A stretch of DNA of 64,000 nucleotides from a virus (IMGVR_UViG_3300021400_001698:1-64000); one strand, 5' to 3'. Numbered from the stretch's first letter, positions 45,401-54,753 are shown. Program-made: numbers and translations. Notes: generated by a model from the sequence alone, not told the origin.

Positions 45401-48400
45401 GATACTTCAGAGTTGGAGGCACGTTTAGAGGAAGTAAAAGCTAAAGCACAAAGTTTTAGAGATGAAATAGATATTATTAATACCAAATTAAATAATTTGG
45501 CTAATAAAACAGTTAATATTCATTACTCAACTTCAGGTTCTGCAGTTCCTAGTAATTTACCTACTTCAGTAAGGGCTGGAATCGTTTATAAAGGTAAAAA
45601 TAATTATATTTCTACAACTGGTTTCTATACTGGTTCCGCTGCTAGAGGTCGATATGGTACAGTAGGTCCAAAGGATAGAGGTGGTTTAACTCTTACTGGT
45701 GAAAAAGGTTTTGAAATAGCTTGGCTTCCTAGTGAGAATCGCTCTATGATTGTCGGTGCCACAGGGCCACAAATGGTAAATTTACCTAGTGATGCTGTTG
45801 TATATACACATGAACAATCTAAAAAAATTATTTCACAGAAATCTATTCCCGCTGGTTCTCATGCAAAATATGATCGCTCTAGTTATTATTATGGTGGTTC
45901 TGGTGGTTCTGGTTCTAGTTCGGGCTCTGGAAGCGGTTCAAGCTCAAGCTCATCTTCTGATAAAGAAAAAGACCCTAAACGTACAAATTGGTATAAAGAA
46001 GAAATTACTCGTTATAACCTTAACCAATCAATTAACCAAATTACCGCCCAAATTGAAAAAACCACAAAGTCAATCGAAAAATCTCTTGATAAACTTGGTA
46101 CAAAATATAGTGACATTGCAAAAGACGTTGATACTCAAGCTAAACTTATTAACCAAAACATTTCAAACCAAAAAGCACTTCAAAAATCATATCAAGACCA
46201 AATTAATCTCCTTACAAATGGCGGTCGTTCACTCTGGATTGATATAACCGATTCTGCAGGCAATTCAAGTCAAAAATCAATTTCAACTTCTCAATTTATC
46301 TCAAAACAATCAGATGGTTCATATTATGTAAATAGAGATAAAGTTATGAGTTATGCAGCTGGCCTTGGTGGAGATTATGAATTACAAAAAGTAAATGCTG
46401 AGTCAATTTTTAATACAATTCAAGGCGAACTTTCAAACTTAACTTCTGGTTTATTAAATGCAACTAAAGCAATTCAAGATGGAGAAGATGAACTTCAACA
46501 ACTTATTCAACAAGTTGCAGATGCATTCTATGCTTGGGAAAATGAGCTTACAAAAATTTATGATTTAAATCAGCAACTTGAATTGAGTGATTCTCGTAGA
46601 GGACGCCTGGCTGCGGAAAACTCTATGTTACTTGCTCAAATTGAAGCAGGATTTAGTTCAGCTGCGAAGGCTGCAGATAGATTAATACAAATTCAAAAAG
46701 ATGATGCTACTTTAATCAAAGACAGAATTCAGTTATTAAAAGATGACATTAAAGCAAAGCAAGACCAATTAAAACTTTTGGCAGAATCATCCGATGAAGA
46801 AAGTGATTGGGCAAAATATAATTATAATAACCAACAAAAAGTAAATAATGGCGGCACGATTAGTATAGAAGAGCAAGCACTCGAAAAAGTTGCACGTGAT
46901 AACTTAATTGCCGCGAGAGCAATTGAAGCTTATGTAAAAATTACTCGTAATCAAGATGGTACTTATAGTTTTGATTTAAATGAAGATTTAATTGAGTCGG
47001 AAAGATTAAGTGGCAGATTAAATGAACAAACATATAATGCAGTTAAAGAAGGTTTTGATAAATTAGTTGAAACTAATGAAGATTTACAACAGTCTATAAT
47101 AGATGCTTCAGATTTAATGACTGAATTATACGAAGAATATAATGATCATATTAAAACTTTAGCTGATTTAGAAAATGATTTAATAAAAGCATTTGAAGAA
47201 ACAGCCAAAATGGAAGTTAGTAAACTTGAAGCGCTTAATTCTTCACTTACTGCTACAGCTAAGGCTATAGTTGAACAAGTTAAAAAAAATCTAGACGCTA
47301 GACGTAAAGCTGAAGATAATGCAAAAACTGAATCTGATATTGCAAAAAAACAACAAAGATTAAACGCTTTACGTGCGAATACAGATGGCGGAAATGCAGT
47401 TGAAATTGCTCAATTAGAGAAAGAAATTGGAGATGCACAAAAGTCTTATGGACGTACTCTTGAAGACCAAATGTTATCTCAAATGCAAACTCAAGCAGAT
47501 GAGGCTTCTAAACAGCGTCAAGAACAAATTGATTTAGCTAAACAACAGATTGAATATAATAAGCAAGCTGGTGTTTATGCTGAAATGGCAGATTACTTAC
47601 TTGATAACATTAATAAGGAATCTGATGCTATTGCGACAACATTAAATAGCACTGCTGATTTAGGTACTGGTAAATGGCAACAATTAGTAGACGACTTAGA
47701 AATACAAAATCAAGTTGCAGAAGCTTTAAGAGCTGCAACAGGAGTTAAGGAATTAGAAGATATATTAGGCGATAACATACTTTCTGCTAATGGTCAGACT
47801 ACTAATGCCATTAATACTATAGGCGGAGAACTTATTCAAATAATTAGTGGTGCTAATGGGGTTATGCTTAATACAAAAGAGCAAGTAAGTTCAGGTACCG
47901 GAGGAGCAAAGACAATTACTGCCCCTGAAGTTACTCAAAACGCCGCTCCAAAAACTTCTTCAAGTTCAAGTTCTTCAAAGAGTTCATCAACTCCTAAAGC
48001 AAAGGACTATTCATCTGGTTGGCTTGCTACTCTACCAGAAACCAATTCAAATTACTTTAGTGCTTCACAAGTCCAAACCTTACAACATGGCTTGAATACA
48101 ATGAAGTGGTCAGGTTTAATTAGTTTTGGTGCTGATTTAGCAATTGATGGTATAATTGGTCCTAAAACAACTACTGCAATTAAAGCACTTCAGAAACTCG
48201 TCGGTACAACACAGGATGGTATTTGGGGACCGCAGACTGGTTCAGCTACACATAAAAAATATCCGAAATATGCACGTGGCGGCCTTGCGAATAAAACTGG
48301 TCCCGCTTGGCTTGACGGCACTCCAACAAAACCTGAACTTGTATTAAATGCACAAGATACAAAGAACTTTATTGCATTAAAAGATATACTTTCTGGTGTA

Positions 48401-48586
48401 ATGCGTTCCATTTCTCATACAGACACATCTAACATATACAATTCACCCACAAACTTTGAAATCAACGTAAATGTAGATAAAATTTCAAGTGATTATGATG
48501 TAGATAAACTTACTGAACGTATTAAACGTAATATTGTAAAAGATGCAACTTATAGAAATGTAACTGCAGTACGGAATTTTAGATAA
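39470..48586 (+). CDS. tape measure protein (3038 aa) with TP901-type domain and C-terminal peptidoglycan-binding domain
   Basis: LDKAMTE...VV, GNxLKT-like ENLGTALKTVVARF, QYIATMAAGSRQQSRF; VQTLQ...DGIIGPKT...DGIWGPQT PG_binding_1 motif. Confidence 0.92.
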   Translation: MADTFTFTIKPITDLSDVKANVGEIQKAFSKLKLPDKLGEGLNKNIKSFFTEFEKYESKVKEGIKTSGDYRQAESSLNKINSLYSEIVKDIQTISKGDLSDVFDLDSGEFKVVGDQIKEIVKQLDNIKIDPNKITGPIEQLRSLIKNDKVSGKTGILNNLIGHVEKGELDEAKAALSDLEKYIKKVSLPEGQTERIVGKMTRSHSDAAREALTVIQQVFAEAQNKGLPLEQTLDTLRQRFQDVQNSSANSLRDFTTQAGESVEATESLVGALQKAHKEDFNFDNQVKSIDRQIQSYFGLGQMIHKVGNIARDAFGTIQELDKAMTETAVVTNFDVGDMWEKLPLYTAQANKLGSSIKDVYEATTLYYQQGLNTTQSMGLAVETLKMARIANMSAKDATDAMTAALRGFNLELNQTSAQRINDVYSELAAITASDTQEISTAMEKVASLAHNAGMEVETTSAFLAQMIETTREAPENLGTALKTVVARFQEMKQDPTKLIDSEGVMLDANKVDKALKSIGVNLLDTNGQFRKLDDVFLEIASKWDTMSMGQQRYIATMAAGSRQQSRFIAMMSNYSRTMELVDAAYNSSGASQRQFEKTLESLDAKLNKLRNAWNQFTMGLMNDELLKGGIDLLTIFIDKINDLVDFIGNIPPDPFKGITKSLTTLILTLGGLGAARKVLSRGIESGVGWFRGDMNGKQAIANLFFSPKNALTEAKAEKEAATKAGKEAGSAFSIAYANARDNILKNKPFIPTLAKNGEILNYKQVASMVGEGTEQQQEALRQYQREEISKEDFAKQVGLSLNKDGDFVKGAEISTTKIAQFSQGVQSAGVALQSFGNILQGTPLAPFGKLVSTTGMLLSNFGGLVAKAATTAAVGVTTASGATVTGIRAIGLAILQSPLTPWILGLMALVAVGKLIYNELTREKREMEALAEAAKTSSDAFDNLKTATETLKNSIEELRNSDSLFDGLVVGTTEWNLALVEANQQVLDLIKKYPMLQKYMTTDANGRMSISEAGFKAVQDEQNKLLGQAQALDIYNNALHNAALERQEQDKLLKDEGVTKTKAKTVKHGRDSYTITEEQADEINYNALSDEGKREWESIEARIKAESEAANKQAIRAALSTSGELNDTVLNLFSQNFEDAQKAFKGETDMSVMKQAYADFIGGVFDSATGTITDLSGEEVDIDKEAIQKIYPQIMALLHFQDQAPQVESAVKSLGQSFNSLFENKEGSTFINDLLDNNLEADAFAINKFLDMSDTEIEKVLENISDEEVKAIMQSDTAQKSDLINLLKTNADNLRQAQTQSYKDAAVWYAKSVKKWNADTAKNQSTYLANQMKKMSVGSADAINNFMNQMSQSFDSAALSTMGESLFDALLGQTDVVQQKLAGIINNVDWSSAIERGRFYEEFEEGTDAFKELNAEGQKFIKTTKQVDKGLDLTGKQFEELVQSSDFLEILTEKWSDFADDSGKIDASGVREMAKECGTLGKLLDLDEFKAENLATALNYFQQTGSFDGINSATLAAMQHFDALGNLVGQVKKDIDDFDEGQDYSEGIETYRSRMEELQKMFESGQYSNEKTLNLAKNLFGVDQFQNLVNEYGSNKAAEAHLMDAAPLLAENLQDTALMALESMANGVNIFGETINDEIDDRLKVAFNADDIDLQIGDMTQEEVVAEMAKRLDVSEELARGILEGLVGQDWGLVGDNLALDLKRNGRLKGLQEFAKTQDTTRGFNTDNGQMAISQSVFDTLLETGGYLDEIGTTYKDRAAAENALKEQMITAFTDSTNRTVEAINVFDNTAETLDGYLQAKYGKAVSVESAAMQLLNVDAKKGIGDFTAAIQQLQADGYNYQQATELIYNQAKDLNLQKLLVDGKEVNLEDILNVTEFNDAIDNLEEASHWEDVGTIIANTIADILHEAGIGNGSNNDNTTTGNTTIAPIEAEAKLHIVENLEVKKEDAVKNLTYTQNEVKALEAQINDLKQADPTCDTSELEARLEEVKAKAQSFRDEIDIINTKLNNLANKTVNIHYSTSGSAVPSNLPTSVRAGIVYKGKNNYISTTGFYTGSAARGRYGTVGPKDRGGLTLTGEKGFEIAWLPSENRSMIVGATGPQMVNLPSDAVVYTHEQSKKIISQKSIPAGSHAKYDRSSYYYGGSGGSGSSSGSGSGSSSSSSSDKEKDPKRTNWYKEEITRYNLNQSINQITAQIEKTTKSIEKSLDKLGTKYSDIAKDVDTQAKLINQNISNQKALQKSYQDQINLLTNGGRSLWIDITDSAGNSSQKSISTSQFISKQSDGSYYVNRDKVMSYAAGLGGDYELQKVNAESIFNTIQGELSNLTSGLLNATKAIQDGEDELQQLIQQVADAFYAWENELTKIYDLNQQLELSDSRRGRLAAENSMLLAQIEAGFSSAAKAADRLIQIQKDDATLIKDRIQLLKDDIKAKQDQLKLLAESSDEESDWAKYNYNNQQKVNNGGTISIEEQALEKVARDNLIAARAIEAYVKITRNQDGTYSFDLNEDLIESERLSGRLNEQTYNAVKEGFDKLVETNEDLQQSIIDASDLMTELYEEYNDHIKTLADLENDLIKAFEETAKMEVSKLEALNSSLTATAKAIVEQVKKNLDARRKAEDNAKTESDIAKKQQRLNALRANTDGGNAVEIAQLEKEIGDAQKSYGRTLEDQMLSQMQTQADEASKQRQEQIDLAKQQIEYNKQAGVYAEMADYLLDNINKESDAIATTLNSTADLGTGKWQQLVDDLEIQNQVAEALRAATGVKELEDILGDNILSANGQTTNAINTIGGELIQIISGANGVMLNTKEQVSSGTGGAKTITAPEVTQNAAPKTSSSSSSSKSSSTPKAKDYSSGWLATLPETNSNYFSASQVQTLQHGLNTMKWSGLISFGADLAIDGIIGPKTTTAIKALQKLVGTTQDGIWGPQTGSATHKKYPKYARGGLANKTGPAWLDGTPTKPELVLNAQDTKNFIALKDILSGVMRSISHTDTSNIYNSPTNFEINVNVDKISSDYDVDKLTERIKRNIVKDATYRNVTAVRNFR

Positions 48587-48590
48587 AATA

Positions 48591-48620
48591 AAAAGAGGAC
48601 TCAATTAAGAGTCCTCTTTT
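48591..48620. terminator. bidirectional terminator at the strand switch
   Basis: AAAAGAGGACTC-AATTAA-GAGTCCTCTTTT. Confidence 0.88.
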
Positions 48621-48633
48621 AAATTTGTTTTAA

Positions 48634-49020
48634 TTAAGAAAAGAAAGGCATGAGAGCATCTAAATCTTCAGTAGTAACTTCAATTCCTTCTCCAAGGTCT
48701 TCAATTGTGAGATTATAATTTTCAATACCAACCTCTAAAGTATGAAGTTCCTCTATTTTCTGATTACATTCAGCAATCATTCCATCTTTAATAAGAATCT
48801 GAGTTTTATCTTCATTATACATAAGATTTCCATCTTCATCTTTCTTGGCATATGTGTCAACGATTTCTTGGAATTTTTCTGCATAGTATTCAGTTTCTTT
48901 TTCAACTGCATTTTTAATCTTTGTCAGCTTATAAGCTGCCTTCAGCGGAAGTTTAATTGAGTTGAAGAAGTTATAAGCATTTCTAAAATTTAAAGCCTGT
49001 TGCATTGTAACAGTAATCAT
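48634..49020 (-). CDS. hypothetical phage protein (DUF1617-like)
   Basis: KLPLKAAYKLTKIK...IVDTYAKKDEDG pattern. Confidence 0.6.
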   Translation of the reverse strand: MITVTMQQALNFRNAYNFFNSIKLPLKAAYKLTKIKNAVEKETEYYAEKFQEIVDTYAKKDEDGNLMYNEDKTQILIKDGMIAECNQKIEELHTLEVGIENYNLTIEDLGEGIEVTTEDLDALMPFFS

Positions 49021-49036
49021 TTACCTTTTCCTCCAA

Positions 49037-49768
49037 TTATTCCCAGTTGAATATTTCAACTTTTTTCTTATATGTATTTGCAACGTATTTTCCTAATCCT
49101 ATTGCATCAGCAACATCATCAGAAACGGTTACGTCAAACCACTCTTTAACCAAATTTTGCATAGAACGTTTTTTATCCGCGCGGGTGCGGCCTTTGACTC
49201 CACAATGCGCTCGCCATGTTGCTGGCGCGCACACTACAGTATCAACTCCATTTTCTTTACAAGCCACAAGTAATGCGCCCTGTAATCGTGCAAGAGTGCG
49301 ATAAGTTGTAACACCAATAATTTTATTATTAAATTGTTGCAACTGGATATCTTCCATTCCGACTATATCAATTTTTTCTTTTATAATAAATTGTACGAGC
49401 CAGTTTTTAATTTGTATATCTCTTTCTATCTCATCATCCGCGGCCGCCTCAAACGTTCCGGCATTAACTAACTCCTCCCCATCAAAAACAGAATATCCAG
49501 TTATATGCGTCGCTTGGTCTAAACCTAAAGTACGCTGTACATTCTTTTTCTTTGTGGGTAAAGTCTCACTAAAATTATAATATTTATTTTGTTCACAAAT
49601 TGGACATTTCCATCTATCTCTTACTTTTTTATAAGGAAGATAAACTTGATGTCCCTCTTCGCATTCAAAAGTTAAATCAGTATCTAAATTTTTATATTCT
49701 TTAGATATTAATTTCCAATTATGTTCTATCGCCGCCTTTCGTATATCATCTATTCTAATTTTACTCAC
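49037..49768 (-). CDS. ruvC: RuvC-like Holliday junction resolvase with N-terminal Zn ribbon
   Basis: LGLDQATHITGYS, GMEDIQ, DDVADAIG acidic motifs; CEEGH...CPIC. Confidence 0.8.
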   Translation of the reverse strand: MSKIRIDDIRKAAIEHNWKLISKEYKNLDTDLTFECEEGHQVYLPYKKVRDRWKCPICEQNKYYNFSETLPTKKKNVQRTLGLDQATHITGYSVFDGEELVNAGTFEAAADDEIERDIQIKNWLVQFIIKEKIDIVGMEDIQLQQFNNKIIGVTTYRTLARLQGALLVACKENGVDTVVCAPATWRAHCGVKGRTRADKKRSMQNLVKEWFDVTVSDDVADAIGLGKYVANTYKKKVEIFNWE

Positions 49769-50706
49769 TTTCCGGTATGTCCAAATCCGCCTTGACGGTT
49801 GACTCCAATATTTTCTACAGAAGGAACTTCGATTAAATGCGCCTGCGGCACTTTAACAAGTCTCATCTGTGCAATTCTATCTCCTTCAGAAATTGTATAT
49901 ACATTTCCATGGAGTATTGACTTAATATGGATTTCACCGTTATCGTCAAATTCATATTCTATATCTTTAAAAGGTGGCTCTATGTTTTCAATTATTACAC
50001 CAATTTCATCTCTATAACCGCTGTCAATTAAACCAGGTGTATTTGCAATACGAAGTTTAGTTTTTGCTGATAGACCACTACGTGGCTGAATAAGTATTGC
50101 ATAACCTTCAGGTATTGCCATTTTAATTCCTGTTGGAATTATAATTGACTGACCTGGTTCAAGAGTATACTCTTCTTTGGCATATATATCCATTCCCGCA
50201 TCGCCAATACGTGCATAGCTTGGTTCTTTTGCGTCTTCAGTTTTTGTATACGGTATAGATACAATTTCTACGGCGCCGAGTCGAGTTTTTATTGCATCCC
50301 CCATTTGGATTAATACACGACGAACAAATGCTTTCTTAATATCACTTAATTCATCAATTGAGTCTATAACATATATAAATGTATCCATATCATTATCAAT
50401 AGAATCAATTGTTAATCCGCCTTCAATCATTGCGGTAGTTATAATTTCATCAAATTCATGTGTATTGAATGTTTCAGTTACAGCTTGGTTAAGTGAATCT
50501 TGAAGTATTTCAAAATCTTCATCACTCATAGTAAAAAGTGTTCCAATTACATCTGCTCCACCAACCATATCCAAAAAGTCGGGATTATCTTCGACAAGTT
50601 TTTTTAAATCTTCTGCAATCTGTGGATTTTCTTCTGCAAGTTTATCAAGTAAGTGCGCGCCGACTAGTTCTAAATTATAATCATTCGGCATCCCAAATAC
50701 CTCCAA
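49765..50706 (-). CDS. dut: trimeric dUTPase with about 150-aa acidic N-terminal extension
   Basis: AGMDI, PRSG, PGLIDSGYRDEI, RIAQ, RQGGFGHTG motifs I-V. Confidence 0.92.
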   Translation of the reverse strand: MEVFGMPNDYNLELVGAHLLDKLAEENPQIAEDLKKLVEDNPDFLDMVGGADVIGTLFTMSDEDFEILQDSLNQAVTETFNTHEFDEIITTAMIEGGLTIDSIDNDMDTFIYVIDSIDELSDIKKAFVRRVLIQMGDAIKTRLGAVEIVSIPYTKTEDAKEPSYARIGDAGMDIYAKEEYTLEPGQSIIIPTGIKMAIPEGYAILIQPRSGLSAKTKLRIANTPGLIDSGYRDEIGVIIENIEPPFKDIEYEFDDNGEIHIKSILHGNVYTISEGDRIAQMRLVKVPQAHLIEVPSVENIGVNRQGGFGHTGK

Positions 50707-50899
50707 AAATCTTTGTTACTTTTGTGGGCCAAGCCTCATCAATAATTTCGCCTTTTGCTTTCTTAGTTTTATATGTATAACTACATCCACCAAGAATGTA
50801 TCCTTTTTCTGCAGCATCTTTTCTGTATGATTCAATTATAGTAATTGCTTCTTGTTCTGAATCTGCTACATATTCTTCTGTTACCTTATAAAGTCTCAT
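50681..50899 (-). CDS. hypothetical protein
   Basis: AAGGA RBS; coupled ORF. Confidence 0.72.
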   Translation of the reverse strand: MRLYKVTEEYVADSEQEAITIIESYRKDAAEKGYILGGCSYTYKTKKAKGEIIDEAWPTKVTKIFGGIWDAE

Positions 50900-51758
50900 T
50901 TTCCTTCTTCTCCTCTAAACAAATTAATTCTTTTGCCCAAGGGAGAGATTCAATCCATTGGCAGAATTCTCTCCACTCAGTTAATTTATGATTGCGCCTT
51001 GCAAAATATATATTTCTTAAAACAGCATAGTTTGCTGTCCAAGTACGAGTTTGATTATATGATTCAGGTAATAACTGTATAAGTGCGCGCCAATAATAAT
51101 TTTCCTTAGTTTCAACATATTTTTGTCTTAACCATTCACAATTTTGTATAATTTGGTCAAACATTTCACGAACTTCATAATCATATTTATAAGTTCCATT
51201 TTCTAATATTGAATTAGAATAAAAACACAAATCAAAACTAAAATCAAAGTTTTTAATTGGTCTAGAAGTTAACTTATGCATTGTAGATGTTGAATTAGCG
51301 GTTGTTCCAACTTTATATGTATCCATTTCTTTCCACCAATAAAGAGGTGCAGTAATATCAACCGAAATAAAAATTTGTCTCATAAACTTTGCTTCATCTG
51401 TGCCGGCGCGCACAAGACTTTGCGCAAGTTTTAAATCTTTTGGTCCAAAATAAAATCTATGCTCATAAGGTCCATCTTTGTCTAATAAAGATGAATCCCA
51501 TAGCCAATCTCCAGTTTCTTGTTCTGTCTTTAACCATTGTTTGCGGTCAGCTTCTGATTCTATATCTTCTAAGAAGCCATATCCTAAATATTCCATCCAA
51601 GCATCAGTAGAATCAAATAAACGACTTGCACAATACTCATCGTCGCAATCTCCCAGTCCATAACGACTATCAGATTGTTTCCATGATTCTAATGGATTAC
51701 GCATACCTCTAATTGCATTCTCAAAATTAGATACACATTGATTATCAAACTTAATCAT
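50886..51758 (-). CDS. thyX: flavin-dependent thymidylate synthase-like protein
   Basis: KFMRQI...APLYWWKEMDTY...NSTSTMH...LLPESY...ARRNHKLTEW; start moved to ATG 51758. Confidence 0.72.
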   Translation of the reverse strand: MIKFDNQCVSNFENAIRGMRNPLESWKQSDSRYGLGDCDDEYCASRLFDSTDAWMEYLGYGFLEDIESEADRKQWLKTEQETGDWLWDSSLLDKDGPYEHRFYFGPKDLKLAQSLVRAGTDEAKFMRQIFISVDITAPLYWWKEMDTYKVGTTANSTSTMHKLTSRPIKNFDFSFDLCFYSNSILENGTYKYDYEVREMFDQIIQNCEWLRQKYVETKENYYWRALIQLLPESYNQTRTWTANYAVLRNIYFARRNHKLTEWREFCQWIESLPWAKELICLEEKKENETL

Positions 51759-51846
51759 ATAAAACTCCTTTTTATTTTCACTTTCTATATATATTATACC
51801 ACAAAAAAAATTTTTTTTCAAATTTTCGTAAAAGAAAAAGTCAGAA

Positions 51847-52041
51847 TTATTTCTGACTTTCTTTTAATCCTTCAGCATAACCTAATGCATGCTGTCTTCG
51901 TAATTCTGCTTTAACGTTTTCAAGAGCATTAGGAAAACAACTACCGACTAAAAATCCAAAGCTAACTTCTTTAATCTTATCTTTCTTTAATTGTTTTACA
52001 ATTCTGTCCAAAAAAGCTACTTCAACTTTTAATTCATTCAT
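51847..52041 (-). CDS. hypothetical protein
   Basis: GGAGG RBS before ATG 52041. Confidence 0.7.
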   Translation of the reverse strand: MNELKVEVAFLDRIVKQLKKDKIKEVSFGFLVGSCFPNALENVKAELRRQHALGYAEGLKESQK

Positions 52042-52534
52042 TGTTTTTCCTCCACTCATCGTTTACGTGTTCCCAAATGTTTTGATTTGAGCTACCACGT
52101 AATTTTAAACTTAAATCTTTTTTTGATTCATCAAACGTACCGTCTATTAAAAAATCAATTTTAGATAAGATGGAATCTATCTTGTTATTCGTAGAATTAA
52201 TTAAATCTGTGAATAAAAAACCAGTCCATACATAAATTTTAATGTGCGGATAAGCCGCGCGCACAGCGGATATTATTTCCTCTGTCATTTCTACATTTTG
52301 GGCAGCTAAGGGTTCACCGCCCAATACAGAAAAGTTTCTATTTATTCCATTAGCACCAATTAATTTAATTATTTCCCATTTAGTTTCTGACGTATACTCG
52401 CGGCCGCCCGTAAAATCCCAGGTTTCGGGATTAAAACAGCCTTTGCACCTATGGGGACATCCTTGAACGAAGAGGGAGACACAAACTCCCTCTCCATTTG
52501 TTACATCATTAGGTATTATTGCATTATATCTCAT
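52034..52534 (-). CDS. nrdG: anaerobic ribonucleotide reductase activating enzyme
   Basis: GCPHRCKGCFN CxxxCxxC, GGEPL; adjacent to nrdD. Confidence 0.95.
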   Translation of the reverse strand: MRYNAIIPNDVTNGEGVCVSLFVQGCPHRCKGCFNPETWDFTGGREYTSETKWEIIKLIGANGINRNFSVLGGEPLAAQNVEMTEEIISAVRAAYPHIKIYVWTGFLFTDLINSTNNKIDSILSKIDFLIDGTFDESKKDLSLKLRGSSNQNIWEHVNDEWRKNNE

Positions 52535-54717
52535 TATAGTTTCCTTGAATGTTTAAATCTATCTTCTACTTCTTTCTGTTTTCCATAATTAAATGCTGTT
52601 TTATAATCACCAGTAAGATAACCCGTTACTCTACGAAGTCTTTGTATATGCGTTGAACCACATTCAGGACATTCATTTTCAATCTCACCCGTCCAACCAC
52701 ATTCTAAACATGTATCATTAGGAACATTGATAGCAAAATATGGAATATCTTTATCCATCGCATAGGTTACAATTTGCTCTAATGCGGATAAGTTTTTCAG
52801 AACTGCACCTTCTAATTCAACATATGTGATACAACCAGCACTTGAATATCCCGTAAGCTGACTCTCAATGTCTATTTTATCGAAAGGTGAAATTTCTTTC
52901 CATACGGGTACATGCATTGAATTGGTAAAGTAATCACGCTCACTGACATTTGGAATTACTCCAAAATCTTCTTTGAATTTAGTCATAGCAGTATAGCATA
53001 AATTCTCTGCAGGTGTATAGTATACACCGAAATTAAGTTTATATTGCTGTTTGAACTCGGCGCACCTATCTTTAAAGAGTTGCTCAATGCGCTTTGCAAG
53101 TTCCATTCCTTTTTCAGTTGTGTGGTCGCAGCCGATAAGAATTTGAAGAGCTTCTGCAAGTCCAAGTTGACCAATTACAATTGTTCCATGCTTAAGTGCA
53201 GAACGAATTCCCTCTTCTGGAACATATCCTTCCATTGTACCATTTTCGTACATGAATTTTGCACTTGCAGGAGACTGAGAACAGATATATTCAAAACGTT
53301 CAAGTAACATATCTTTAGCTTCATGAATTTTTTCGTCAAGTAAATACATAAAGTCTTCTACATTACCTGCCTCCATCGCGAGGGTTGGAAGTATAATTGT
53401 TACTGGACAAATGTTTCCGCGGCCGTCTTTAAGTTGACCAAAACCATTAATATCAAAACCATTAGCTGTACGGCAACCCATTGTGCTGAAATATGTGCGC
53501 GGATCATTTCTATCATATCCCGCATTACCACTCCAATCTACATTTGCATAATTTGGATATAAACGCTTTGCAGTTGACTCAAGAGCCAGTTGGAATAAAT
53601 CATAATTCGGTGTACCGGGCTTATCATTAACTCCTTTCATATACTGAAAAATTCCACAAGGGAAAATTGGAGTTTTATGAAGCTTACCAACACCTTTAAT
53701 TGAACCTTGAAGTAAAGCTCTAATAACCATACGACCTTCAGGTAAAGTACAAGTGCCATAATTGATTGAAGTGAAAGGAAGCTGATTACCGCTTCTACTC
53801 TGAAGAGTATTAAGATTATGGTACATACCTTCTACCGCTTGTTGAGTTTCTCTTTCAGTCATATCCATTGCATAAGTATATGCTTTTTCATATGCTTTGA
53901 AATCCTGGTCTTCAATAGACTTATCTTTCATATCATTAAGCCATTCAATAGTATAAATATGCGGTTCAATATACTTCATTCCATCGCAAAAATGTTTGTA
54001 GAATGATTTACGTACATAAGGAACCATAGTCCAATCTAAATGGCTTGCACTCACTCCACCAAATTGCTGAAGCGATTGAAGTTGAAATAAAACTGCCACA
54101 AGTTGAAAAGCAGTATTAACTGAATTGGCAGGGCGCACATCCGTTTGCCTTGTATTAAAGCCTTCTGCAAGTAATTTATCAAAAGGAACTGTAAGGCAAT
54201 TGTGCATACCTAAGATATAAGCATCTAAATCGTGAATATAAATTTCATTATTTAAATGATTATTTCTTGCCATTTCACTTATAATATTATCAAGTGCATA
54301 TTGTTTAAAGATTACGGAATCAGCTTCGCCTCTGCGGCCGCCGAAACTATATTCATCAACATTAGCATTTTGATTCTGAACATCAGTCGCTGCGAGTTTA
54401 ACTGCGACCTTATCCATCATTTGTGTGTTCCAATTACGAACACGAGTTCTTTCGATACGATAGGCTATATAGGCACGAGCTACATCTTTTCTACGTGTGC
54501 TCATTAAACCTTGCTCTACCATATCTTGAATTTCTTCAACGGTAAGTATTTTACCTTTGCTTTTAGCTTCTACAAAATCAGCAATATTATTTGCTTTTTC
54601 AGTGGCATAAGGTGTTATATCTCCGTCAATTGATTTAAAAGCTTTGATGATAGCTTCGATAATTTTATTTTTATTAAATTCAACTAATCTACCATCTCTT
54701 TTCTTAATATATTGCAT
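52534..54717 (-). CDS. nrdD: class III anaerobic ribonucleotide reductase with ATP cone
   Basis: IKKRDGR ATP cone, TMGCRT, CLEC...CPEC, RRVTGYL glycyl-radical motif. Confidence 0.97.
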   Translation of the reverse strand: MQYIKKRDGRLVEFNKNKIIEAIIKAFKSIDGDITPYATEKANNIADFVEAKSKGKILTVEEIQDMVEQGLMSTRRKDVARAYIAYRIERTRVRNWNTQMMDKVAVKLAATDVQNQNANVDEYSFGGRRGEADSVIFKQYALDNIISEMARNNHLNNEIYIHDLDAYILGMHNCLTVPFDKLLAEGFNTRQTDVRPANSVNTAFQLVAVLFQLQSLQQFGGVSASHLDWTMVPYVRKSFYKHFCDGMKYIEPHIYTIEWLNDMKDKSIEDQDFKAYEKAYTYAMDMTERETQQAVEGMYHNLNTLQSRSGNQLPFTSINYGTCTLPEGRMVIRALLQGSIKGVGKLHKTPIFPCGIFQYMKGVNDKPGTPNYDLFQLALESTAKRLYPNYANVDWSGNAGYDRNDPRTYFSTMGCRTANGFDINGFGQLKDGRGNICPVTIILPTLAMEAGNVEDFMYLLDEKIHEAKDMLLERFEYICSQSPASAKFMYENGTMEGYVPEEGIRSALKHGTIVIGQLGLAEALQILIGCDHTTEKGMELAKRIEQLFKDRCAEFKQQYKLNFGVYYTPAENLCYTAMTKFKEDFGVIPNVSERDYFTNSMHVPVWKEISPFDKIDIESQLTGYSSAGCITYVELEGAVLKNLSALEQIVTYAMDKDIPYFAINVPNDTCLECGWTGEIENECPECGSTHIQRLRRVTGYLTGDYKTAFNYGKQKEVEDRFKHSRKL

Positions 54718-54753
54718 TAAAGCGTCCTCCTAGGTATTTGTATAGTTTAAGGA

